The notes under the pieces: model-generated
Told to the model about the DNA's origin: nothing
The model's database searches: none
The model's input: the letters and a program-made list of their open reading frames with translations, nothing else
Assembly (NCBI GenBank): GCA_045632185.1
Contig: JAZQWF010000057.1
Span: forward strand, 1 to 57,816
Reading direction: 5' to 3'
Length of the DNA stretch: 57,816 nucleotides
From: Eubacteriales bacterium
GTDB taxonomy: Bacteria; Bacillota; Clostridia; Oscillospirales; CAG-272
Shown: positions 38,184-46,970 of the stretch, one piece after another
Numbering within the stretch: position 1 is the stretch's first letter
Layout: each line of letters opens with the position of its first letter
Program-made: the position numbers and the translations under genes

Positions 38184-38267
38184 GTATGCGCGCACGCAAA
38201 GAAGTACAATGAAATCAAGGGAGGCGCCCGGGGCGCCGCTCAATCTCAATGCAAAGGAGAAAAAACA

Positions 38268-39707
38268 ATGAAAGCATTTTTCACAAAAGCATGGGCTTGG
38301 ATCCTTGCTCACAAGGTCATTTCCATCGCCGTTGCAGCGGTTGTCGTCATAGGCGCTACCTTGGGTATCGTGCTGCCGAGCGCCCTGCACGACCATGATT
38401 TTGCCACCGAGTGGTCAAGCGATGCCGAGAGCCATTGGCACGCCGCCACCTGCAAGCACGAGGAGGAGGTTGCCGACAAGGCGGCGCATACATACGCTGA
38501 CGCCTGCGACACCACCTGCGACGTTTGCGGATATACCAGAACGGTGGGGGCGCACGTTTACGATAATGCGTGCGACGCCGCTTGTAATGTCTGCGGAGCG
38601 ACCCGCACCCCTGCGGCGCACGCTTACGATAACGCGTGCGATACCGCTTGTAACGTTTGCGGCGCGCCCCGTGCCATCACCCACGCACACGGCACCACGC
38701 TGACCGCGGGTGAGACCACCCACTATTATGCTTGCTCCGTTTGCGGTGACAAGAAGGACGAGGCGGCTCACGCCTTTACGCAGACCGCTGCCACTACCGC
38801 TTATTTGAAGGCAGCTGCAACCCCCACCACCAAGGCGCAGTACTGGAAGTCCTGTGCGTGCGGCGCCGCTTCTACTACCGAATACTTTGAAACCGACAAG
38901 CGCCCTGTCAATCTTGCTGTGGCAGACGCTTCCAAGACCTACGACGGTCAGCCGATCGTTGAGCCCGAGCTCACCTTTGTAGACGAGGCAGGCGTTGGCG
39001 GCGAGTTCTTTGCTTACTATCAGGGTACCACCCTGCTTCCCGGCCGCCCCACCAATGCGGGTACTTATAAGGTGGTTGTTACCATCGAAGAGAGCGAAAC
39101 CCACGTGGGCGAAACGGTAGAGAGAGAGTTTACCATTGCAAAGAAGACCTTGAATTATCTCAACCTGACCAAGGTTTATGATGGCAAGGCAGGTTATAAT
39201 GACAGCGTATTCTTCCTTGATACCACGCACGGCTTGGTAGCAGGCGACGTGGTTTCCATTGAAACCAACGACGATGTCGATTACAACGTAGGCACTTATA
39301 CGCTTACCGACACCAGCGGCAGTTGGGATCTTGACGACGGCATTTATTTGGAAGGCGCAGATGCAGCCAACTACGCGTTTGACTATCAGGCCAACGGTGC
39401 TGTAGCTACCATTACCGTTACCCCCAAGCCCTTGAAGTTGCTGGATATTGAGGTCACTTACGACGGCGGCAATATTCCCGGCCGCTTTGATCTGACCGCT
39501 GCGGACGGCGTGATCGCAGGCGATGACGTTTACCTTTTAGGCGACGCTTGGCAAAGCTATGACGTGGCGTACGACGAATATACTCTGACCGATGATTTTG
39601 GCTCCGACGATTATGACGAGGGCGTGGCGCGGCGGGAACGTTGTGTCACGCAAAAATTTTGTCCAAAGTGCGAAGAAACGCGCCTGCGCATCTTGATTTA
39701 TATATAA
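38268..39707 (+). CDS. Signal-anchored surface protein with three 22-aa Cys repeats and MBG (YDG) domains; probably 3'-truncated
   Basis: Start MKAFFTKAWAWILAHKVISIAVAAVVVIGA behind AAAGGAG. Three tandem units AH-x-Y-(A/D)-(D/N)-ACD-xx-C-(D/N)-VCG. MBG-like KTYDGQP, KVYDGKA and VTYDGG units. The last 29 or so codons break the repeat pattern. Confidence 0.6.
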   Translation: MKAFFTKAWAWILAHKVISIAVAAVVVIGATLGIVLPSALHDHDFATEWSSDAESHWHAATCKHEEEVADKAAHTYADACDTTCDVCGYTRTVGAHVYDNACDAACNVCGATRTPAAHAYDNACDTACNVCGAPRAITHAHGTTLTAGETTHYYACSVCGDKKDEAAHAFTQTAATTAYLKAAATPTTKAQYWKSCACGAASTTEYFETDKRPVNLAVADASKTYDGQPIVEPELTFVDEAGVGGEFFAYYQGTTLLPGRPTNAGTYKVVVTIEESETHVGETVEREFTIAKKTLNYLNLTKVYDGKAGYNDSVFFLDTTHGLVAGDVVSIETNDDVDYNVGTYTLTDTSGSWDLDDGIYLEGADAANYAFDYQANGAVATITVTPKPLKLLDIEVTYDGGNIPGRFDLTAADGVIAGDDVYLLGDAWQSYDVAYDEYTLTDDFGSDDYDEGVARRERCVTQKFCPKCEETRLRILIYI

Positions 39708-39821
39708 TTTTATGTTATAATACAAGATGCGAACGTGTGCGCGCCCATTGCACGCGTGCGGACAAGCATTTGCACGGCGTGGGCCGTTTATGGATGAGAA
39801 AAAATTAAAGGAGATAAAGCT

Positions 39822-40310
39822 ATGGCAGCACAACACGATTTCAGCGCAGTGAGCGAGATCCTGAAAAAGCACGATTACAAGCAGGTGGATATCATTTCCA
39901 TTCTGCAAGAGATCCAGGAGGTCTATCACTATCTTCCCCGCGAGGTCTTTACCATTCTTGCAAAGGAATTGAAGATGGGTGAGGCCCAGATTTACAGCAT
40001 CGCCACCTTCTATGAGAACTTTTCCTTGGAGCCTAAGGGCAAGTACGTGATCAAGGTCTGCGACGGCACCGCCTGCCACGTCAGAAGATCCATTCCGATC
40101 TTGGAGAAGCTGCGTAGCGAGCTTGGCCTTTCCGAAGCCAAGAAAACCACCGATGACCTGAACTTCACCGTAGAAACGGTTTCCTGCCTTGGCGCTTGCG
40201 GATTGGCTCCCGTTATCACCGTTAACGACGTGGTGCATCCCGAAATGAACCCCGACAAGGTCGTGGCACTTCTCAATAAGTTGAAGGAGGAGATTGCAAA
40301 TGCTGAATAA
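39822..40310 (+). CDS. hydC: NuoE-like [2Fe-2S] subunit of an NAD(P)H-dependent [FeFe] hydrogenase
   Basis: 162 aa with CDGTACHV ... CLGACGLAP. The gene symbol follows HydABC/HndA naming. Confidence 0.85.
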   Translation: MAAQHDFSAVSEILKKHDYKQVDIISILQEIQEVYHYLPREVFTILAKELKMGEAQIYSIATFYENFSLEPKGKYVIKVCDGTACHVRRSIPILEKLRSELGLSEAKKTTDDLNFTVETVSCLGACGLAPVITVNDVVHPEMNPDKVVALLNKLKEEIANAE

Positions 40311-42195
40311 CAGAGCAGAGCTGATCGCTTACCGCGCGCAGGCCGAAAAGGACTACGCCGCACAGAAAAAGAAGATCATCGTTTGCGCGGGTACCGGCTG
40401 CGTGGCAGGCGGCTCGCTGAACATTTTTGACACCCTGAAAGCACTGATCGAGGAGAAGGGCCTTCCCGTTGAGATCGGTCTTATGGAGGATCCTCACTCC
40501 CCCGGCATCGGTCTGAAAAAGAGCGGCTGCCACGGCTTTTGCGAGATGGGTCCCTTGGTTCGCATCGAGCCCCAGGGCTGGCTTTACACCAAGGTAAAGG
40601 TAGAGGATTGCGCCGAGATCGTGGAGCAAACGATCGAGAAGGGCGAGTGCGTTGACCGCCTTGTTTACAAGCGCGACGGCGAGATCTACCGCGAGCAGTC
40701 CGAGATCCCCTTCTACCGTCAGCAGACGCGTATGGTATTGGAGCACTGCGGCAAGATCGACGCAGACTCTATCCGCGAGTACATTGCCATTGGCGGCTAC
40801 GCCGCACTGGAAAAGGCGCTGTTTGATATGACTGCCGACCAGATCGTGGCAGAGGTCTCCGAGTCCGGTCTTCGCGGCCGTGGCGGCGGCGGCTTCCCCG
40901 CTGGCAGAAAGTGGGAGCAGGTCAAGCGTCAGAAGGCAGACCAGAAGTACGTGGTCTGTAACGGTGACGAGGGTGACCCCGGTGCGTTCATGGACCGCTC
41001 CATCATGGAGGGCGACCCCCACAGAATGTTGGAGGGTATGATCATTGCAGGTATTGCCTGCGGTGCGACCGAGGGTTATATCTACGTACGCGCTGAATAC
41101 CCTCTCGCAGTAAGACGCCTTAGAACCGCCATCGCACAGGCAGAGGAGCTGGGTATTCTCGGCGATCACGTGCTTGGCACTGATTTCGCATTCCACCTGC
41201 ACATCAACTGCGGCGCAGGTGCATTCGTGTGCGGTGAGGGCTCTGCGCTCACGGCATCTATCGAGGGCAAGCGCGGCTTCCCGCGCGTTAAGCCCCCCCG
41301 TACGGTAGAGCAGGGACTTTTCGACAAGCCCACCTGCCTTAACAACGTAGAAACCTACGCCAACGTGGCTTCTATCATCACAAACGGTGCTGCTTGGTTC
41401 CGCGGCTACGGCTCCGAGAAGAGCCCCGGCACCAAGGCGTTCGCCCTGACCGGTAACATCAGAAACACCGGCCTTATCGAGGTCCCCATGGGTACCACCC
41501 TGCGCAAGATCATCTTCGACATTGGCGGCGGTATGCGCGGTGACGGCGAGTTTAAGGCCGTGCAGATCGGCGGTCCCTCCGGTGCGTGCCTGACCAAGGA
41601 GCATCTGGACCTTCCCCTTGACTTTGATACCTTGAAGAAGGTTGGCGCGATGATCGGCTCCGGCGGTCTGGTTGTTATGGACTCCAAGAGCTGTATGGTC
41701 GAGGTTGCCCGCTTCTTCATGAACTTTACGCAGAACGAGTCCTGCGGTAAGTGCGTTCCCTGCCGAGAGGGCACGAAGCGCATGCTGGAAATCCTGGAAC
41801 GCATCGTTGCAGGTGAAGGACAGGACGGCGATATCGAGCTGCTTCTGGAACTGGCAGAAACGATCTCCGCGACCGCTCTTTGCGGTCTTGGCAAGTCTGC
41901 CTCCTCTCCCGTTGTCAGCACGATCAAGAATTTCCGCAACGAGTACGAGGCACACATCTACGAGAAGCGTTGCCCCGCAGGCGCTTGCCAGAAATTGAAG
42001 CAGATCTTTATCGAGCGCGACGAGTGCATTGGCTGCGGTGCTTGCTCCAAGAAGTGTCCCGTAGGTGCGATCGAGCGTACCGACTATATCGCTCCCGGCA
42101 AGAAGCTGGCTGCGTTTGCGATCGATCCCGCCAAGTGCGTGAAGTGTGGCGCTTGTGTGGCTACCTGCCGCTTCAAGGCCATCAAGGAGGGTTAA
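40300..42195 (+). CDS. hydB: NuoF-like FMN/NADH-binding subunit of the hydrogenase
   Basis: GRGGGGFPAGRKW, ESCGKCVPCREG, C-terminal CIGCGACSKKCP and CVKCGACVATC. ATG 40300 lies 7 nt after GGAGGAG. Confidence 0.9.
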   Translation: MLNNRAELIAYRAQAEKDYAAQKKKIIVCAGTGCVAGGSLNIFDTLKALIEEKGLPVEIGLMEDPHSPGIGLKKSGCHGFCEMGPLVRIEPQGWLYTKVKVEDCAEIVEQTIEKGECVDRLVYKRDGEIYREQSEIPFYRQQTRMVLEHCGKIDADSIREYIAIGGYAALEKALFDMTADQIVAEVSESGLRGRGGGGFPAGRKWEQVKRQKADQKYVVCNGDEGDPGAFMDRSIMEGDPHRMLEGMIIAGIACGATEGYIYVRAEYPLAVRRLRTAIAQAEELGILGDHVLGTDFAFHLHINCGAGAFVCGEGSALTASIEGKRGFPRVKPPRTVEQGLFDKPTCLNNVETYANVASIITNGAAWFRGYGSEKSPGTKAFALTGNIRNTGLIEVPMGTTLRKIIFDIGGGMRGDGEFKAVQIGGPSGACLTKEHLDLPLDFDTLKKVGAMIGSGGLVVMDSKSCMVEVARFFMNFTQNESCGKCVPCREGTKRMLEILERIVAGEGQDGDIELLLELAETISATALCGLGKSASSPVVSTIKNFRNEYEAHIYEKRCPAGACQKLKQIFIERDECIGCGACSKKCPVGAIERTDYIAPGKKLAAFAIDPAKCVKCGACVATCRFKAIKEG

Positions 42196-42199
42196 GACA

Positions 42200-43885
42200 A
42201 TGAGTGAAAAGAAATATATGACGATCGACGGTATTCCCGTTCAGATCGAAGGTGAAAGAAATATTTTGGAGCTGTGCCGTAAGATCGGCATCAAAATGCC
42301 CACCTTCTGCTACCATTCCGAGCTTTCCGTGTACGGTGCTTGCCGTATGTGTATGGTAGAGAACGAGTGGGGCGGCCTTGACGCCGCTTGCTCCACGCCC
42401 CCCAAGGCGGGTGCGTCCGTCAAGACGAACACCGAGAGATTGCGCCGCTACCGCAAGAACATTCTGGAACTGCTGCTGGCCAACCATTGCCGCGATTGCA
42501 CCGTGTGCGAGAACAACAATAAGTGCAAGTTGCAGGATCTGGCAATGCGCTTTAACATCGAGGGCGTTCGCTTCCCGAACCGCGCCAAGTCCACCAAGGG
42601 CGAGGACGAGTCCTCCGTGTGCATCACCCGCGACGCGGGCAAGTGCATTCTTTGCGGCGACTGCGTGCGCGTTTGTAACGAGATCCAGAAGGTCGGCGCG
42701 ATCGATTTCGCACACCGTGGCTCGAATATGACGATCAGCACCGCATTCAATATGCCCCTGGCAGAATCCCCCTGTGTTGGCTGCGGTCAGTGTGCCGCTG
42801 TCTGCCCCACGGGCGCTATCGTGGTCAAGAACCACATCAAAAAGGTTTGGGCGGCTTTGGATAATCCCGAGCTTAAGACCTCTGTGCAGATCGCTCCCGC
42901 CGTGCGCGTAGCCATCGGCAAGGAGCTCAAGTGCAACGAGGGCGAGAATGTGATGGGCAAGATCGTTGCCGCGCTTCGCCGTATGGGCTTTGACGAGGTG
43001 TACGACACCACGCTTGGCGCAGATATCACCGTTATGGAAGAAACTGCTGAATTCATCGACAGACTGGAGAATGGCGGCAAGCTGCCCCTTATCACCTCCT
43101 GCTGCCCCGGTTGGATCCAGTTTGCAGAAAAGAAGCACCCCGAGTTCCTGGAAAACATCTCTACCTGCCGCTCTCCCATGCAGATGACCGGCTCCTTGAT
43201 GAAGGACCAGAACAAAACCGAGGAAAAGAAGCTGTTCCATGTGGCAGTAATGCCTTGTACCGCCAAGAAGTTCGAGGCGGATCGCCCCGAGTTCGAGAAG
43301 GATGGCATCAAGGACGTGGACGCCGTGATCACCACGCAGGAGCTGATCCTGATGATCAAGGAATCCGGCCTTGCCTTTGACGAGCTGGAGCCCGAGGCAG
43401 TGGATATGCCCTTCGGCACCGTTTCCGGTGCAGGCGTGATCTTCGGTGTCACCGGCGGTGTGACCGAGGCCGTGCTTCGTCGCGTGTCCGAGAATAAGTC
43501 CCGTGCGGCACTTCTTGAGGTGGCAAACGCAGGCCAGCGAGGCCTTGACGGCGTGAAGGAGCTTTACCTCAACTACGGTGAGCGCAAGCTGCACATCGCT
43601 GTGGTCAGCGGTCTTGGCAATGCCGAGGCTGTGCTGGATCGCGTCAGCGCTGGCGAGCATTTTGACTTTATCGAGATCATGGCTTGCCCCGGCGGCTGTA
43701 TCAACGGTGGCGGTCAGCCCTATGCAGGCGATGCAAAGGCTGCCAGAAGCCAGGGCCTTTATGACTCTGACAGAATGCTCAGCATTCGCCGCGCAGAGGA
43801 AAATCCCATTGTAAATTCCGTGTACAAGAAGATCATCAAGGATCGCGCACACGAGCTGCTTCACGTGCATTACAAGAAACACTAA
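42200..43885 (+). CDS. hydA: [FeFe] hydrogenase catalytic subunit (HydA/HndD type)
   Basis: N-terminal 2Fe-2S and ferredoxin domains. H-cluster motifs TSCCPGW, MPCTAKKFE, EIMACPGGCINGGGQP. Start MSEKKY behind AAGGAGG. Confidence 0.9.
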   Translation: MSEKKYMTIDGIPVQIEGERNILELCRKIGIKMPTFCYHSELSVYGACRMCMVENEWGGLDAACSTPPKAGASVKTNTERLRRYRKNILELLLANHCRDCTVCENNNKCKLQDLAMRFNIEGVRFPNRAKSTKGEDESSVCITRDAGKCILCGDCVRVCNEIQKVGAIDFAHRGSNMTISTAFNMPLAESPCVGCGQCAAVCPTGAIVVKNHIKKVWAALDNPELKTSVQIAPAVRVAIGKELKCNEGENVMGKIVAALRRMGFDEVYDTTLGADITVMEETAEFIDRLENGGKLPLITSCCPGWIQFAEKKHPEFLENISTCRSPMQMTGSLMKDQNKTEEKKLFHVAVMPCTAKKFEADRPEFEKDGIKDVDAVITTQELILMIKESGLAFDELEPEAVDMPFGTVSGAGVIFGVTGGVTEAVLRRVSENKSRAALLEVANAGQRGLDGVKELYLNYGERKLHIAVVSGLGNAEAVLDRVSAGEHFDFIEIMACPGGCINGGGQPYAGDAKAARSQGLYDSDRMLSIRRAEENPIVNSVYKKIIKDRAHELLHVHYKKH

Positions 43886-43954
43886 TTTGAATAAGGACGC
43901 GGCGGATAAAAGGTTTTTATCCGCCGTTTCCTGCGAGATAAAACGGAGGAAGTT

Positions 43955-45385
43955 ATGCGTAAGTTTGATACCAAGGTGCAGCACCTGAAATATAAGGTCT
44001 TGCGCGAGGTTGCCCGCCTTGCGTGGAAAGATCAGCTTTTGGACAATGTGCTGGACATCCCGAAAACGCTGGTGCCGGGTAACGAGCCCACGATGCGCTG
44101 CTGCGTATATAAGGAGCGCGCGATCCTTGCCGAGCGCGTGAAATGTGCGATGGGCGGTGATAAGGAAAACCCCAATGTTATCGAGGTGCTGGAGATCGCT
44201 TGTGACGAATGTCCCGCCGCAGGCTACGAGGTCACGAACGCCTGCCGCGGCTGTCTTGCACACCGTTGCGAGGATGTGTGCCGCTTTGGTGCGCTTACCT
44301 TTGATAAGGATCATGTAGCGCACATTGATAAATCCAAGTGCAAGGAGTGCGGTGCGTGCGCCAAGGTCTGCCCCTATACCGCTATCGTCAACCGCAAGCG
44401 CCCCTGCCAGAATGCCTGCAAGGTCAAGGCGATCTCTGCCAACGGACAGAAGGCGGCAACTATTGATAACAATAAGTGCATCAGCTGCGGTGCGTGCGTG
44501 TATCAGTGTCCCTTCGGCGCGATTACAGATAAGTCCTTTATCACCGATGCCATTTCGATTTTGAAGAACCGCGTGGCGGCCGACGGCAATAAGGCGTATC
44601 CCGTATATGCGATCGTAGCCCCTGCCATTGCCAGTCAGTTCTCCTACGCTAAACTGGGGCAGATCATCACGGGCTTGAAGCAGCTGGGCTTTGACGAGGT
44701 CGTGGAGGCGGCGCTTGGCGCGGATATGGTGGCACTTGCCGAGTCGCGCGAGCTTGCAGAGAAGGGCTTTTTGACCAGCTCCTGTTGCCCTGCGTTTGTG
44801 CGCTATGTGAACAAGGCGTACCCCGAACTTGCAGAATACGTGTCGCACAATCCCTCTCCTATGGTGGCGCTTGCCGAGTACATCAAGAAGGTGGATCCCG
44901 CCGCAAAGGTCATTTTTGTGGGCCCCTGCACGGCGAAAAAGGCGGAGGCGCGGCTGGATAGCGCCAAGGCCTTCGTAGACGTTGTGCTGACCTTTGAGGA
45001 GCTGCAAGCGCTGTTTGACAGTCGCAATATCGAGATTTCCGAGCTGGAGGAAGGTTCGCTGAACGACGCCTCTGCCTTCGGGCGCATTTTCGCGCGCTCC
45101 GGAGGGCTTTGTGAGGCGGTGGCTCAGGCGATGAAGGAGCAGGATATCTCCTTTGACTTGAAGCCGGTTGTTTGCGACGGTATCGAGGCGTGCCGCACGG
45201 CGCTGCTCAAAAAGAGCAAGAACGTGCTGGACGGCAACTTTATCGAGGGTATGGCCTGCATCGGCGGGTGTATCGGCGGTGCCGGATGCCTGACGCATGG
45301 TGAAAAGAATAGAGCAGAGGTCGACAAATACGGCCATGAAGCCGAGGAAAAGACCATCAGCGACGCCGTGTCGCAGATGAAATAA
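43955..45385 (+). CDS. Second [FeFe] hydrogenase-like protein (group-B-like, monomeric type)
   Basis: Ferredoxin motifs CKECGACAKVCP and CISCGACVYQCP. Variant H-cluster motifs TSSCCPAF, GPCTAKKAE, EGMACIGGCIGG. Confidence 0.75.
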   Translation: MRKFDTKVQHLKYKVLREVARLAWKDQLLDNVLDIPKTLVPGNEPTMRCCVYKERAILAERVKCAMGGDKENPNVIEVLEIACDECPAAGYEVTNACRGCLAHRCEDVCRFGALTFDKDHVAHIDKSKCKECGACAKVCPYTAIVNRKRPCQNACKVKAISANGQKAATIDNNKCISCGACVYQCPFGAITDKSFITDAISILKNRVAADGNKAYPVYAIVAPAIASQFSYAKLGQIITGLKQLGFDEVVEAALGADMVALAESRELAEKGFLTSSCCPAFVRYVNKAYPELAEYVSHNPSPMVALAEYIKKVDPAAKVIFVGPCTAKKAEARLDSAKAFVDVVLTFEELQALFDSRNIEISELEEGSLNDASAFGRIFARSGGLCEAVAQAMKEQDISFDLKPVVCDGIEACRTALLKKSKNVLDGNFIEGMACIGGCIGGAGCLTHGEKNRAEVDKYGHEAEEKTISDAVSQMK

Positions 45386-45413
45386 CAAAGTCCCCACCAT
45401 ATGGTATCATTAT

Positions 45414-45453
45414 AAAAAGCCCGCCCTGAGAAAACTCTCAGAGCGGGCTTTTT
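45414..45453 (+). terminator. Intrinsic terminator ending the hydrogenase locus
   Basis: aaaaAGCCCGCcCTGAGaaaaCTCAGaGCGGGCTtttt. Confidence 0.85.
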
Positions 45454-45804
45454 GAGCGTTGGGAATAAATTCAGATGAAATCAGAGAAATATATCAAAAC
45501 CGGATTTTGCGCTATTTTGCGCTTGAAAAGAAGATGATATCCGCTTCTTTTTAGCACTAATGATTTTTCTGATCGTATCCTGTCCATTGTGTTTCCTTTG
45601 CTCCGGGGAAATAGAGAAAGGGAGCAAATGCCACCGTTCGCTCCCAAACAAATTGGGAGCAATAAACAAAGAAAAAAGGGATTCCGGGAAAAAGAACGAG
45701 AATCCCTTTTTTGGTATATAAAGATGAACCACAATGTCACAGCAATCTGAATTTGCGGAGATGTAAAAAAATCAACGATCGTGCAATTTGTTTTAGGAAA
45801 TCAA

Positions 45805-45833
45805 TTGCTTTTTGTCGAGAATAGTGATATAAT
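45805..45833 (+). promoter_or_regulatory. Sigma-70 promoter of the AT-rich cassette
   Basis: TTGCTT (45805-45810) - 17 nt - TATAAT (45828-45833). The inverted repeat GCAATT-N14-AATTGC (45783-45808) overlaps the -35 box. Confidence 0.6.
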
Positions 45834-45872
45834 GGTAATTGTATAAAAATACTTATTTTTATGAGGTGGAAA

Positions 45873-46085
45873 ATGGCTGCTAGCTATAAGAAACTATTCA
45901 AAATGTTGATTGATCGTGAGATGAAAAGCAAAGACCTTGCCGCAAAAGCAGGTGTCAGCCCGGCAACACTCGCAAAGATGAAAAAAGATGGTGCAACCGT
46001 ATCGAGTGATGTGCTTGTAAAGATCTGCACGGCTTTGAATTGCACTGTAGATGACATCTTGGAAATTATTCCTGATACAAAGTGA
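45873..46085 (+). CDS. XRE/Cro-type helix-turn-helix regulator (70 aa)
   Basis: MAASYKKLFKMLIDREMKSKDLAAKAGVSPATLAKMKKDGATVSSDVLVKICTALNCTVDDILE, a classic short HTH_XRE layout. SD GAGGTGGA. Confidence 0.8.
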   Translation: MAASYKKLFKMLIDREMKSKDLAAKAGVSPATLAKMKKDGATVSSDVLVKICTALNCTVDDILEIIPDTK

Positions 46086-46097
46086 GAGGAGACAGAT

Positions 46098-46928
46098 ATG
46101 GCTATTAGTAAAAAACTTGAAATTATATATCACAACGGTCAGCCCGATGGCATTCGTTCTATTCGTAGGCACCTCTCCACAATGACTACCTATGTTATTC
46201 CGCGCCCTCTGCTATCGGAAGCTAAGAAGCTTTCGGGCATCAATCGCCCCGGCATATATTATTTGATCAGCGAGAACGACGATAACAAGATTGCTCAGAT
46301 CTATATCGGTCAGACAAGAAACGGAGTTGTTCGCCTTGATGATCACAATCGCTCAAAGAATTTTTGGAACAAGGCAATTATGTTCTTGGCAGATAATAAA
46401 ACCTTCTCCCTTGATATGATAAGCGGTCTTGAAGCCTATGCTATCAGCAAGGCGCAAGACTCCAAACGCTACAAAGTAGAAAACTCGGTTAATCCCAAAT
46501 ATGAGATTGATGAATACGACCTTCCATTAATCGAGGAAGTTTACGAAGAAATTCAATTCATCATGGCAACACAGGGTTATAAGATGGATAATTCCAAAGT
46601 GACCTTGAACGAAGCTAATACGTTACATACTACGCGCAATGGCATTATTGCTTTTGGCGTTTACGATGGGGAAAACTTCGAGGTTTTGGAAGGTTCGGAA
46701 ATCGACATAAACCGCAAATGCCATTCTGCGACGATAGAAAAGCAACGACAAACAGCTCTTGCAAACGGCAATATTGTTTGCATTGATGGCAAATACAAGC
46801 TGACTGTATCCGTATCCTTCACCTCCCCAAGCTCCGCTGGACAATTTGTTTTGGGAGGTAGTATTAATGGTTGGGCAGAATGGAAGGATAAGGATGGAAA
46901 GACATTGGACGAGATATACAGGAAATAA
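46098..46928 (+). CDS. GIY-YIG nuclease-domain protein with a DUF4357-like C-terminal domain
   Basis: GIY (PGIYYL), YIG (IYIGQT), downstream R/E/N positions (RLDDH, LEAYAI, ENSVNP). C-terminus FTSPSSAGQFVLGGSINGWAEWKDKDGKTL resembles DUF4357; the family name is recalled, not searched. Confidence 0.7.
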   Translation: MAISKKLEIIYHNGQPDGIRSIRRHLSTMTTYVIPRPLLSEAKKLSGINRPGIYYLISENDDNKIAQIYIGQTRNGVVRLDDHNRSKNFWNKAIMFLADNKTFSLDMISGLEAYAISKAQDSKRYKVENSVNPKYEIDEYDLPLIEEVYEEIQFIMATQGYKMDNSKVTLNEANTLHTTRNGIIAFGVYDGENFEVLEGSEIDINRKCHSATIEKQRQTALANGNIVCIDGKYKLTVSVSFTSPSSAGQFVLGGSINGWAEWKDKDGKTLDEIYRK

Positions 46929-46970
46929 TTCAAAAGAATATTATTATAAATATATCCTGTTTGAAAAAGC

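Noticed and set aside
38025-38267. Upstream extension of the surface-protein ORF back into the LuxR gene
   Set aside because: It would read through the LuxR stop region, two terminator hairpins and the promoter. MKAFFTKAW at 38268 has an SD and a signal-anchor helix.
39643-39670. Rex-like site (TTGTGTCACGCAAAAATTTTGTCC) upstream of the hydrogenase operon
   Set aside because: It is not palindromic and matches only one half-site loosely (TTGTG). It also lies inside the aberrant 3' end of the preceding ORF.
42182-45400. 1072-aa minus-strand ORF spanning hydA and the second hydrogenase gene
   Set aside because: This is a shadow ORF in GC-rich coding DNA. Its composition is low-complexity (A/G/L/V/H/R rich), it has no recognisable motif and no SD. 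The plus strand encodes two proteins with unmistakable H-cluster and ferredoxin motifs.
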